Assembly (NCBI GenBank): GCA_000708835.1
Contig: DF237193.1
Coordinates: 60,434-124,433, forward strand
Direction: 5' to 3'
DNA from: Klebsormidium nitens
Taxonomy: Eukaryota; Plantae; Klebsormidiophyceae
Length of the DNA stretch: 64,000 bases
Both the position numbers and the translations under genes were made by a program. Below the pieces are notes generated by a model. It was not told the DNA's origin, ran no database searches, and saw nothing but the letters and a program-made list of their open reading frames with translations. The stretch's first letter is position 1. Each line of letters opens with the position of its first letter. Of the stretch, positions 13,101 to 25,100 are shown one piece after another.

Positions 13101-16100
13101 CTTGAAATCAAGTGATTTCTAGAGATTTGATCTTCTTAGTGACCGCGTAACGTTGTCGCATCCTTGTATTCGTCAGCTTCTTCAAACTCAGAAGAATCTG
13201 TCTGCTGCATCATACCCCCAGCTCTTTCATGCACTCGACGGCCTTTTGGCGTCAGATGCTTCAAGATGGTCCTATATCCGGCACTCCTCAACCACTTTTT
13301 GTCAGGATAAGATCACGCACTCCGACTTTCAAAAGCGACGGAAGAAATCAGAGCTCACTACAGCTCGTCGCTTTGTTTCTTCCTCCTTGTTACTTTTTGG
13401 GGAACACATTGACTCGACATTGAGTCGAACCTCAATCCATACCTTGGTTCGATCCAGCGGCCGCGCCCTCTTGGCCACGCGCGGGCGCGAGCTCCCTGAA
13501 ACGCTCCGTCGGCTGGCCGACCTCCTGCGTAACGTCAGCAAGCGGCCGCGACACAAGGAGGAAAAGGAGCTCTTCGCCGCGATCGCGGATGGCGCCGCGG
13601 CCGCGCTTTGGGGCGCCGCCAAAACCATGCTGTCTACGGTAAGTCAGCGTGACGTCAGCTTAACGGCTACTCTCGCCAAAGAGATATCTCAAAAAATTTC
13701 TGGTCTCCCTTCCTGAGCTCCTCTTGACGGCCACTTCTTGTTCTGCGTTGCTCTTTGAAGACAACGTCTCTAACTCCTTCAGAACCTTAATTATCGTCCA
13801 ACCCGCTTCCCTCAGTTTGTGTCGAACCTTGACGGAGCCCTTGGTCAGGCGATCCTTCGTACCTCTCGCACTCATCCCTTTTGGACTCTTTCTGATACCA
13901 TCTTTCTTTGCTACCGTCCTTTTTCATGCTCCTTCCGACGTCTGATCCGTAACCTAGTTCCTCTTTTAGAAGCGTTTTGAAAGCAGAATGCTTTCCCGTA
14001 AGCGACCAAATCGTCACCCCTGCAGTTTTACAATCGATCGCCGAAACCGTAATTCTGTCGACTCCATCTCAACCCAGTTTCTCCTCTCCGCTCAATTACC
14101 CGCAAAAGGTGCTCATTGAGTCGAGCAACATGTCCTCGCCCTCGCGGTGTTACAATTTTTGCCTGCTCCCTGATGCCAGATCCAACCCTCGAAATTCTTC
14201 CCGAAATGACCGCAGAAGGTGCCCATCGAGTTGAGCAGAATCTCTATTCCCTCCTTTCCTTTGAGATACAGTCTTTTCCGACCATTATCCTATTTTCAGT
14301 GTCCACAAAGTTGGTTACATTCTACTCAGCAACAGACTGACTACAATGCACTGGATTGCTCGTCAAAAATAGGTTGAGAAGAGATGGAATTTTGGATCCA
14401 AGCCAGTTGTGTCCCTTCTCTTCATGACCGCAGAAGGTACCCATTGAGTCGAGCGACCTTTCCTCCCTTCTCGCCGTTATCACCGACGGCCGGCGCGGCC
14501 TCAGAGGCTCCTCCGCCAACCGCTTCATCGCAGTTACAGCAGCGCTGCTCGCGGCCGACGCGGCGACCGCCTCCAAGCTGGCGGCAGTGAACGCGCAGGT
14601 ACGGACCCCCCTTTGGTCGCCCTGCATATAGTTCACTCCTTCGCAAACTTTCTCTACTCATCTTGCTTCCTCTTCCTTCGCGTGTCGCTCCCGTTCAGAA
14701 GTCCTGGGCTTTAAGTCGCTGATAGTAGTGACTAATCATTTTGATCATCAGTCAAGACCAGTCAAGACCAGTCAAGACCAGCAGATAAGTCCTTCCAAGA
14801 GCCGACAGATCTCCACTGGCTTGAGCTCAAACAGTGTTGGCGCTGCTCACTTTCTAGTCAATGCATGCCTCCGCACGCTCCTCTTCTTCAACTTGAGCAT
14901 ACGGTTGCTTTTACAGGTGCCGCTTGGATTGCTTGCAAGTTCTTCCGACGCGGCCGCGGCCGCGGCGGCCGTGGCAGCCTTGGCCCTGGTCGCCGAGCAA
15001 GAGGTATGGATAAGAGACACCGTGGGAATGACTGCGGCGACGGAATGCCCACCAAGACGTTCGAGTATGTTTTCGTCGTTGGCGGTGAAAAGATGTTCTG
15101 TGTCCCCTGAGAATGTCTGATTTGGAGTGACTGGCAGTGTCCAGGATAGAGAGGTCAAAGCCAAAGGCGTTTCTTTTTCGATGGGAATTGCAGAAGTGGA
15201 AGCGTTTCCCCTCAGAGAAAGTTCTGCCGACCACCTTAGACCAAGCAAATTCAACCAGTGCACCATCCAGAACATACCTTTCTAAGACGCTTATTTGCGA
15301 AATGCGGCGGGTGACCAAGCACTGATGGTCCTCTCTACTGGCAGAGTTTGTATCACTTATCGGTCCCGATTTCAGCGCTCCTCCTCTCCGTGCGCGCGCA
15401 GCTTCGCAACCACAAGGACGGTTCCACGTTCCGCGGACAGCTGGACGGTCCGCACCGGGTGCACCTCGTCAAGAACGGTGCGCTGACGTCACTGGTGGCG
15501 GCGGCGGCGCGCTTCCCGCAGGACACGCCGCTCTGCCGCGCGGTGGCCGCGGGGATCATGTACCTGGCGGGGCCCGGACGGGATGCGTCCGAAACAGTAA
15601 GCTATCATCCGTTCAGCGTCCGCCTTATGGGTCAAGTATCAAATCCGCTGTTAGGCTAGGCGTTTTGTCGCGCGGCGGCCGCGGGGATCATGTACCTGGC
15701 GGGGCCCGGACGGGATGCGTCCGAAATGATGAGCAGATTATAAGCGCCCGTAGATTGGAGTGAGTATACTTTCAAGCTGATAAGATATGCGCTCTACAGC
15801 AAGGCTGTCGTGGATCATGTACCTGGCGGGACGGGATGCGTCCGAAACGGTGCGCGGAGATTCTGCTTTGTTGCAACGAAACTGCGTCTTGCACTGGATA
15901 TCTCATAATCTCGTTTACCCGATCCGCTACAAGAAGTGACCTTTCCTCTAGTGAGGGGGCTGATACGCCTCACTGAACAGGTAATACGAAACTGCTGATG
16001 CCACAGTTCACTAGAAAAGATCGACGCGTAAGCATTGTTTTTCGCAAGGCTACTGTCTGGGCCAGCTTTGGTTGCTGGACTCTTCACTCGTCCCCCGCGG

Positions 16101-19100
16101 AATCTAGCCACCTCATCCAGCGCTCTTCGTCAAACTCACCAAACTAAGAATCAGAGTTTCTATTTTACCCTTTGCCGCACTGCTCCCTTTTTCACAGCCT
16201 TCAGACTCCTTCGTTTCATTCTTAAGCTCACCATATCCTCTGCACACAGGAACTGTATGAAACTGTCCGTTTGGTGGAAAGCACGGACGCTCGGACGTCC
16301 TTGTACGCGAGCTGCGCGCTCTGGTGCTTCGCCCGGAACCTGAAGAACCGGGCCAAGATCGGACGGGTTAACGGGATCCAGGTGCGCCGGGAATAGACGC
16401 ACTGGGACAACCTTTCTCCCGTCCCTTTACATTGTTTCCTTCCTTTCTATAACTTCCGACTGAACTCTGCAGAGCAAATGTTCTTCTCCGAACTCTTGAA
16501 TGGATGAGCTGTATCTGACGCAGATTCTGATGCACAGTGTGCATATCAACGAACGAACCTCGAAGGTTTTTGACGAAGGATGCCTCGACAAATCCCGGTG
16601 TAATGACGCTCGAGTGTAACGGCTCTCTCTTTGAAAGCAGTCTTTTGAAAATGAAGAGAATGATTATGTTGGGATGAATGTTGATATGTTAGACAAGAGA
16701 AGCGCCTGTAGAATTGAACTAGCCTTCAATTCGAACGAGAAGCAGAGTGCAACAGCAACCATCACACGAGCTTGAACGAGCGCACGGTGCGCACCGCCTG
16801 TAACGAAAAGCACAACTTTCCTTCCAGGCCTTCTGAATACTAAGAGTCATTTTGGTTAGATAAAACTGTAGCACTTATGGCAAAGCCCGATTAAATGATA
16901 GAATGCTAGGCCAGAATGCAACACGGACTTTCTGTCTTCACAGGCGCTCATAGTCGCCGGCCGCCGCGTTTACGAGAGCGTTCAATCCAAACCCTCGCAA
17001 AACCCCCCGGATCCCGCCGACACCAAGGCGCTCGAATTCATCCTGGCCGCGGTGTGGCTCCTCCTAACCCATGACGCTAACCACCATTTCCTAGAACGGG
17101 CCGCCCAGTACAAGCCCCCGCCTGAACGAACCTACCGATCGTCGTCGTTAGAAGGGGGGGTCAGGCTCACCGTCCACAGTAACCCCTCTTCGCCCCGGGG
17201 CCACGAGCGCGAGCCCCGGTCATCTTTGCTAACCGATCTGAGCAAGCTTCTCGAAACACCGCCCGAAAGGTTATCCCAAGGAGAAAATTCCATAACTGAA
17301 GAAACGGAGGAACAGATGGAACTAGAGCGGGCGGGAGATGCTGAGGAAGAGTTGAGTCAACGAAATGCAATCAATGTGTGCTCGCCTGCTACTGCCCGGC
17401 TCGGTCTTCCGGGCAGAAAAGTGAGGCCGTCGTCAGCGGGGGACAGCCCCTCTACCGGGATACTCGGCGGGTCTGCGTCGACCTCTTTCCACTCATCGGC
17501 TAGCGGTAGAATTGATCCCCGGGGCGGCAAGAAAAACGATCACACGCTCCGACGGCAGCGGTCGCACGTTGCTCCGGTGGAAGACGTCTTCTCTCAGTTG
17601 GTCGAAGACCCAGGACCGAGGCTCCCCCGCTTACCCAAACTGCCCCAGGATGATCCCCCGAGCGGGCCCGGCGCGGAGGTGAAAGGTTTAGACTTCCTGG
17701 TGGGCTTAATCGCCGTGGGGGGAAGCCTAGAGCATCGCGCCTGGGACGCGAGCAAGTATTTGGCGGTGAAGGCGGTCAAGTTCGCGACGCAGCAAGTGCT
17801 GGAGTTTGAACGGAAAGTGATCGATCTGGGGATCGGCGCCGCATTGGCGGCGATTGCGAAGAACCCTGAGGCGGACGAGGGGCTGAGAAAGGTGTCCGCA
17901 CGCTATTGTCAGGTGAGCACAAAGGAGCCCCGATATGTGAATATTGATTGCCGTTTCTCGCCGACTGCTAGCTTAAGCTCAACACTGAAAGGGAGAAACT
18001 TCTAAAGAGAGACGATCGGTAAGATACTATGTCTGCACTTGCTGAGAAAGTGATTAGGACGACGTTTCTTAAAGAAAAGACGTCTGCGAACTCAGAGCGA
18101 CTGTTCGTGTTGCAGAATTTCTAAAGCACGAATGTCAAAGACAACAAGAGAAGCCTCGTCAGTTGCTTCATTGGCCCCAGAGAAACGCTCGGATCTTGCA
18201 ATCTTCTCTATGACCCCGGTAATCGCTGGAACACATAAACCCTTGAGGATTTTTTGACCCTCCATTTACAACCTGAGTACTTGATGATCCCAAACCAAAA
18301 AAAACCTGAAATCATCCAACCGTAAAACCTTCCTCTCCAGCATCTGTCTGGCTTGGGTCGCAACGCGGAGCTGTTTGGGCTTGGCAACGAGTCCGTTCTG
18401 GAGGAGGTTCTGGTGAATCTGCTCCGGAGCGGAAGGGAGCCACTGGAGGAACGTGGCGCGCGCGGGTGCGCCCATGTGGCAATGTACCCGGAGAACAAGG
18501 AGCGGCTCGCGCGGCTGGGCGCAATCGAGGCGCTCACGGACCTCGCTAAGGTGCGGCTGCGGCTAGAAGTGAAATCAGGGCTGACTTTGACACATATGGT
18601 AGTTTTAAAAGCATACGATTCGTGCACTTGCGTGCGCCTCTGCTTTTTCTCGGATTCCTGGACAGAAGGGGGCGTCTCAAGCGGAAGTGCAACTTGGACA
18701 AAACACTTGGAGTCTCCAAAAACTCCAACGCCCTCTGACCCGCTCCAGAAATTTGCGCTCACAAAACCATCCTTGAGTCGCTAGCTCCGGTGCTTAATAA
18801 TGAAATTGCCCATGTGGCCTCGCTGCGGACCATCAAGACAACCATTTGGTGAGCTCCCTGTGCGCGGGCAAAATTCTCATTACGTTCGATCTGTGGACCT
18901 GGTGATGGCGCTTTTTTCATGTCATCACCCTTTGATTACCTGTTTGAATCTAAAAATTCCTCCGAAAGCCACCTCCTCGGCGGCCCTCTTACATCTCAAC
19001 GTCAAACTCGCGCGCGAGGATTTTGACGCGCCTCTTACGATTCCTTTCTGTGCGCGCGCGCAGAAGACGTCGTCCCAGTCGATCCTGGGCCTGGTCATGG

Positions 19101-22100
19101 CGGCTCTCCTGAACCTGTCCACGACGCCGGCGTATCAGGTGCCCATTTGCCAGCAGGGCCTGTACGTCATCCTCTCCGTCAACCGCGCGCCGCACAGCTC
19201 CGATGACGTGCGCCGCTTCAGCACGGGCGTCCTGCTCAACCTCTGCCAGCACCCGGCCAACCGCACCAGGCACGTGCCTATCCTGTTCAATTGAAAACGT
19301 TTCCTCTGATCATAGGCACAAACAATACTCGCTAGATTGAAGCGGTGGTCAAATTCTGCCAGTACCCGGTTGAAATTCACCAAGCACGGGCCCGTTTGCT
19401 CGTACTGGGGTGGTCATCGGTAAGAAGGGATACTTGGTAGGCTCATTTGTGGTCAGAGTCTGCAAACATCCGGTCAACCGCACCTGGCACGTGCTAATTT
19501 GCTCCTTTGACGAATAGTCCCTGCAAAACCAGTACCTAAGAATCCACTGATCAACAGGTCAACGTTTGCTAGATGTTGATACAACTAACAGGACCAGGCA
19601 CGTGCTCAGGTCCTCCTTGCTTTGGGTGGCTGGGTGCTCTATTATTGGTCCACTACTAGCTGAGAAGGATTGTGTCATTTGCTTCTTGAGATTTTGCACA
19701 ACTCATGACCGTAGCCTCAACGGACAACATCTAGAACTGTTTGACGGTCGAACGAGAGATTCAACACGGGCTGCGACTCGATGCTCTCTCTTCCACCATT
19801 TTTTACGCTGACCAGCGATTGAACTGAGCCTTTTTGGATTCCCTTCCCCTTCAGGATGTACAAAGCGGAGCTCCGTCTCAAATTTCTCGACGCTGACGCA
19901 TCGGACGGCTCACGGCCGCGTTACGCTTCCACCAGCCCAGAAACCCGGCCCGCCGCCTCCAGCGACCCAACTTCGAAGGCGAAACTCCCAGGCACGGAGC
20001 TGCGGCGCACGAGCACTTCGATGTCGAAGCGCGAGCTCAAAGGAGTGCTCTCTCGCTCGGGGACCGGTCTTGACTTTGAAAGACTCGGTTCCGACGAACG
20101 CTTGCAGATTCTCCGGGATTGGAGCAGCAGTATGAAGGAGAACCGCGAACAGCTGGCCGCGGCCGCGCAGGGTTTGAAGCAGGGGTTAGCGCCCAAGCGC
20201 GGGGTTTCGTTCGCGGGCGCGTTCGCGATCGCCGAACCCAAGCGCAGCGCCACGTCGCTAGGGTTTCGCGAACGTGATCACGATTCGGAGTCGGACGAAA
20301 GCTGGAGCGAGGACGAAGAAGACCCGTTCGGGCTCGAGTCCAAACGGCGCTTCATCGAATGGATGCGCAGCACGTGGCACGGCAAGAAGGCGCCACGTCA
20401 GCGCCGGCGCAACCGCAACAGCGCGGAGCTGGAGGAGTACCGGGCCTGCTTCAGCCGCGAGGGCGGAACCTCTAAAGCTTCCCAGCAGATCGCGGGCGGC
20501 GCCTCGGCGGGGGGGCTGACGACACGGTTCGCGAGACGCGGCAGCAGTTGCATTCAGACCGTCTCACCGGGCCCAGCCGACGAAGACTCTGCGCTCAGCG
20601 GAGAAAGCGGCGCGTTAAGCGTATCCGCTTCGTTCAGGTTGCGCCGCGCCACCGACCTGGCAGGGTTTGCGGGTTTCTCCTCCAAAACGCTGAGCCTCCA
20701 GAAGTCGGCGAGATTTGCGGCGCAAATTCCGGAGCCGATTCTTGAATCGCCTCAGGAGGGTATTCCCGTCGTTTCGAGGTCGCCCACAAGGAGCCCTACG
20801 CCGGGGCTGCAAAAGGCGACCGGTCGACAGTCACCGGTTGGGAAGCTGTCCCGGCTGCACAGGAGCCTGACCCGCCCGGTGTCCGAAATTTGGGACGCGG
20901 GGAAGGGATCCCCTGGACGAGAGGGATCCCCCTTGGGGGGCCCAACCGGCAGTCGGCATACAGGGTGGCGACCGGAAGTCGGGTGAGCTTCCGCTTTTAC
21001 GCGGATGGTGGATTGGTGTTCTCGGTGCAAAGTCCTTGTTACGCATTAAGAATCGACGGCAGCATGCACCAACTTTTCGTAGCTTCACAAGATACTCAGA
21101 AGAGTCTCATCGGTTGGTCCAAGCCGCAAATGTGCCCTCTTCTCATCACTGATGCTCTCGAAGATCAAGAGCTTGCAGGCTTTGCATCTTGTGGCGCGGT
21201 TTTGAGCCACGACCAGTCCCCTTTCCGAGAAACTTTGGAACTTGCAGTCTCTGATTTACAGCTCACACTGCCCAGCCTCGGACTAATTGAAAGCAAAACT
21301 TCGAATTGGCTGAATTCCGGAGCATTCGGGGGAATTATTCTGCTGAAAGAGAAAAGGCTGCGCTGACAAGAAACCACCTGATTTCCATGCAGCGGTTACA
21401 AGATGGAGGACGACGAAGTGACACGTGGCGCTTCAGGAGACCATGCGGGTCTTCCAGGGCAGCGGGGTGCGGCAGCGGCCGGGGGCGCGCGAGCGCCTTC
21501 CCCAAACCCCTCGAAGGCGGGGCGCAAATTGACGGTCATCGTGGACCCGGATCGGCCACGAAACCGGGTCCGTTTTGGCGAGCTGAGAACTGAGGTGAGC
21601 ACCCTTTTGGTCGCCGCAAAAGCCTTACGAATCTGCGTTTTAAGCAGCTTGCATTGGCAGTGATGTCGGAAACGGCTTCGCGGGGATCCGTGTTTTGGCG
21701 ATCCTATCATGTTCAGAAGTCTGCCAAGAGAGGTGGGAATTGCAGATAGATCCAATTCAATTGACGGTCATCGTAATGGAGATTTGCAGATTACACTTGA
21801 GATTTTGAGCTCTTGAGCTCTTGAGCCTGAAGTTCTTGTACGGATGCTTCACATGCAATGTCAAAAGCTTCGGGAGTGAAGAGTTCTGGACCAGATCCAT
21901 CTCCATCCACGTCCCCGTAATATGCTCGTGCATTATCTAGTCTTCCGCTGTCCGTTGTTCGCTGTCCACTTTCCAGATCCGCTGTCCGGTGTCCGCTGTC
22001 CGTTGTTCGCTGCCCGTTCGCCCGTCCGTATTGCGCTGTCCGCGGTCCGCATGCCTGTGCCCGGACGGTCTGCTCTGCAGGCTGTCGAAAAATCACTTGC

Positions 22101-25100
22101 TCTTGCGCATTCGACAAACTTCCAAGACCTGTAACGCATTCTTTAAACGGAGGTAGTGGTATCTCCCGCTAAGTGACTGCGTTTCCGGTGTGAATTGGCT
22201 CTGTGCGGTGCAGATCAACCCGCTAGTGGAGCACCTGGACATGTTCACACACCTCGAGGGCTGCACCTTCTGCAAGACGCTCTACTCGCACTACACGCTC
22301 CCTAACGGGTGAGACCGCTAAACATATCTGCTCTCTTTGTTTCCCCGAATGGGTCGGACTTTCAATCTTCCTCGTGCGTGCAACGTGTGACGATATTTCA
22401 GTTTTGGATAAAGGGGAAGGAAGCGCTCTGAGGAGCAGGGAAGATATCACTGGAGTCATGAGGGGGCAGGCACCAACTTGAAGCGAAGGCGTCTCTGTGC
22501 CGTCACTGCTCGCTTAAATAGCTCTCTGCTTGTTCTCCTCGTTTGGGCACTCATCGGTTGCCTTCAGCGGCTTAAACTCTTTGTCGGGCACTCAAGGTCT
22601 TGGTAAAGCTCAAAGGCCTGGTGTTGGCTTTTAACAGAAAACAGTTGTTTGCTAATTCAGCTTTAGACTCAAATTGTCCGACCTGCGTAGTACAGCGCAA
22701 CACGCCCAGCATCAGAAAGGCCCAATCTGCTGATGACTGAAAAAGAAGGTAACCTTAGTACTGTTCTAATCTTCCGCGCAGCGAGATGGCGCACTTCTTC
22801 CAGCACGGCAAGCGGCTGGTGGACGAAGTCGAGATCCCGCTCGAGCCGCCGTCCGATCCGCCTGTCACCTTCGAGGACATCCTCCAGGTTAGGCAAACCC
22901 ACAAGCTCTAAACCCTCAAACCCAATACCCAAAAGTTCCCGGACTCTAGAGACCTTAACCATTTCAGTCTCTTTGAACCCTTCAAGCCCGAGTAGCAGAT
23001 CTCGACAACGAAGAGGAGTGAAGCGAAGAACAGCAAATCAGGTGCCCGGGGCCCCGCTTGTGCCCTCAGGAATAACCTGAGGCGGCCTAAGCTGCAGAGT
23101 CCGCTTTGCAAACAAAAACTCCTCAACATTTTCCACTTTCTGAAGCTTCAAGCCCGGATCGGGCTTTGTAGGTTGGATCATATCCGTTCAATAACTTCTT
23201 TCCTTTGACGAGTGCTATGTTCTTCATAGACTCGTCTACACAGCTGGTAGAGGAGCACTCGATGTTTCGAGGGCGTCCAGTTCAGAGGCTTGAAAATTGC
23301 TACGTTCACTCTATCTTCCGCAGGGCCGTCACCGTGTTTTCCCTCCACTTTCTGAAATAAGTCACCGCAACGGAATCAGACTTCTGTAGTAATGGGCGTG
23401 GCCCTGACGTCGGGTTTGCAAGGCGTTGCCATTCCGGAAACCTTTTCACCCCTTAGCCTTCGATTTGACAAGCACAATCGCGCGGCTTTCCTTCAGCCTA
23501 GACAAGATCGCAATGCTCTTATTCGGCAGACGGGCCTTCCGGGCCCGGCCCCCATTCTGCGCGAGCTCGCGGAGATTCCGCCGGAAGCCCTGCCCAAACC
23601 GTTCGCGCCCGCGCCGTGCCTCGCGCCCAAACCGTCGCGCCACCTTCTCCCCGTGGTTGAGCACGATTGTCCCAACAAGGACGCCGCGCAGTGTGTCAGG
23701 TGAGAGGTTGCATTTTGAAGTTTGTTAATGGGGTTTCTTTTGCGGTTAAGCTGCGGAGGGTTAACGTTTGGCTATCAAGTTCGCGAGCAGCGAGATATCG
23801 GAGAAACACGATTTCAAGAGCCCGTCTGCCCCATCACCGACCACGCGCAATGTGTCAGGTGAGAAAATTAGGGTTTGAGGTTAGGTTATCGATTTCATGT
23901 AGCAGTTGAAAAAGCAGAGGGTTAATGTCTGGGGCACGGTTGCAACAAGAACGACCCCGCGCAATGCGTCATGTAAGGGATTCGGGTCTGATGTTTGGTA
24001 ATAACAGGTAGGCAGCGAAGGGTATGAGAGCCTTTGAAATAGCGCAGTGCTTCAAGTGTGGGTCGTAGGGTTTGGGTCTCATGCTTCGCGTCTGAGTATC
24101 GTTTGAAGAATCTGGTACAAGCAATTGCATTGACGTGAAGGTACGATTTCGAAGTTGGGCTTCGAGGTGTTTTCTCAGGTCTGGATGCAATTTGCTTGGG
24201 GCTTCATACATGAGTTTCTCAGGGATTTGTCCTGTAGCTTCACGGTTTACAGCGCCTTCGAGCATTTTCTGGGTTGGTTTCCGCTTACTGGGTAGACGCT
24301 GGTTGCAGGATCTGGATCGCACGGTGTTAACCTTTCGGGTCAAGTTGGAACAATGAACATTTGGGGTCATGTATCGAGATTTGCCCATCACGATTGCTTC
24401 TCTCGCGTCATGCTCGCTCTAGAGGTTTCTTTGGCATCATTCATTGACGGGCAGGACCATCTGCAGCACCCAGACCGACCAGACTCTCGTACGCTGGTTA
24501 TGCTTCTTGACGCCCACATCCAAATCGCCCCAGTCAACAAACAGTGGGTATCCTTACTGGTCTCCGAAAATGCCCCTGGCTGCCCCCACGAAACGCTATG
24601 CGGCAAAAGGAGATTGAACCTGTGTTAAATCCGGGGTTAACGGTGGAAAGTTCCCGCGGCAGGCACGGCGAGCTGGAGAGTTCGAACCCGCTGTTTGTGC
24701 TGGAGGACAACGAACCGACGACCCCGACCGCGCGGGAAAGCGAGCATCGGACATCCAATCATCCGTGAGTACCTTGACACTCGCCGGGCTGAAAGTGGGT
24801 GGCTGCAAATCAGGGGATTGGAAACGGTGTCAATCGGTGATATAGCTTCTTGTTCCGGGCTTCAGGACCTCCCAAGTCGCTTCCGGCCATTGACGCACTT
24901 GTTTCGATATGCGTTTCGTCTTTTACGTGCTCCCAAGTTCTTCTTCCCGCAACCGAGACTTTTGAGCACCGCTCCGCTCCAGAACGCCGCATTGTGCCCC
25001 TGCAATCCTTTCTTGTTTCCAAAGCCGCCCGCTTCTATCTTCCCTCTCCTCCGAGAAGTTGTATACTGATGCGGTTGTATCTAATGTCCTCCATCCCCTC

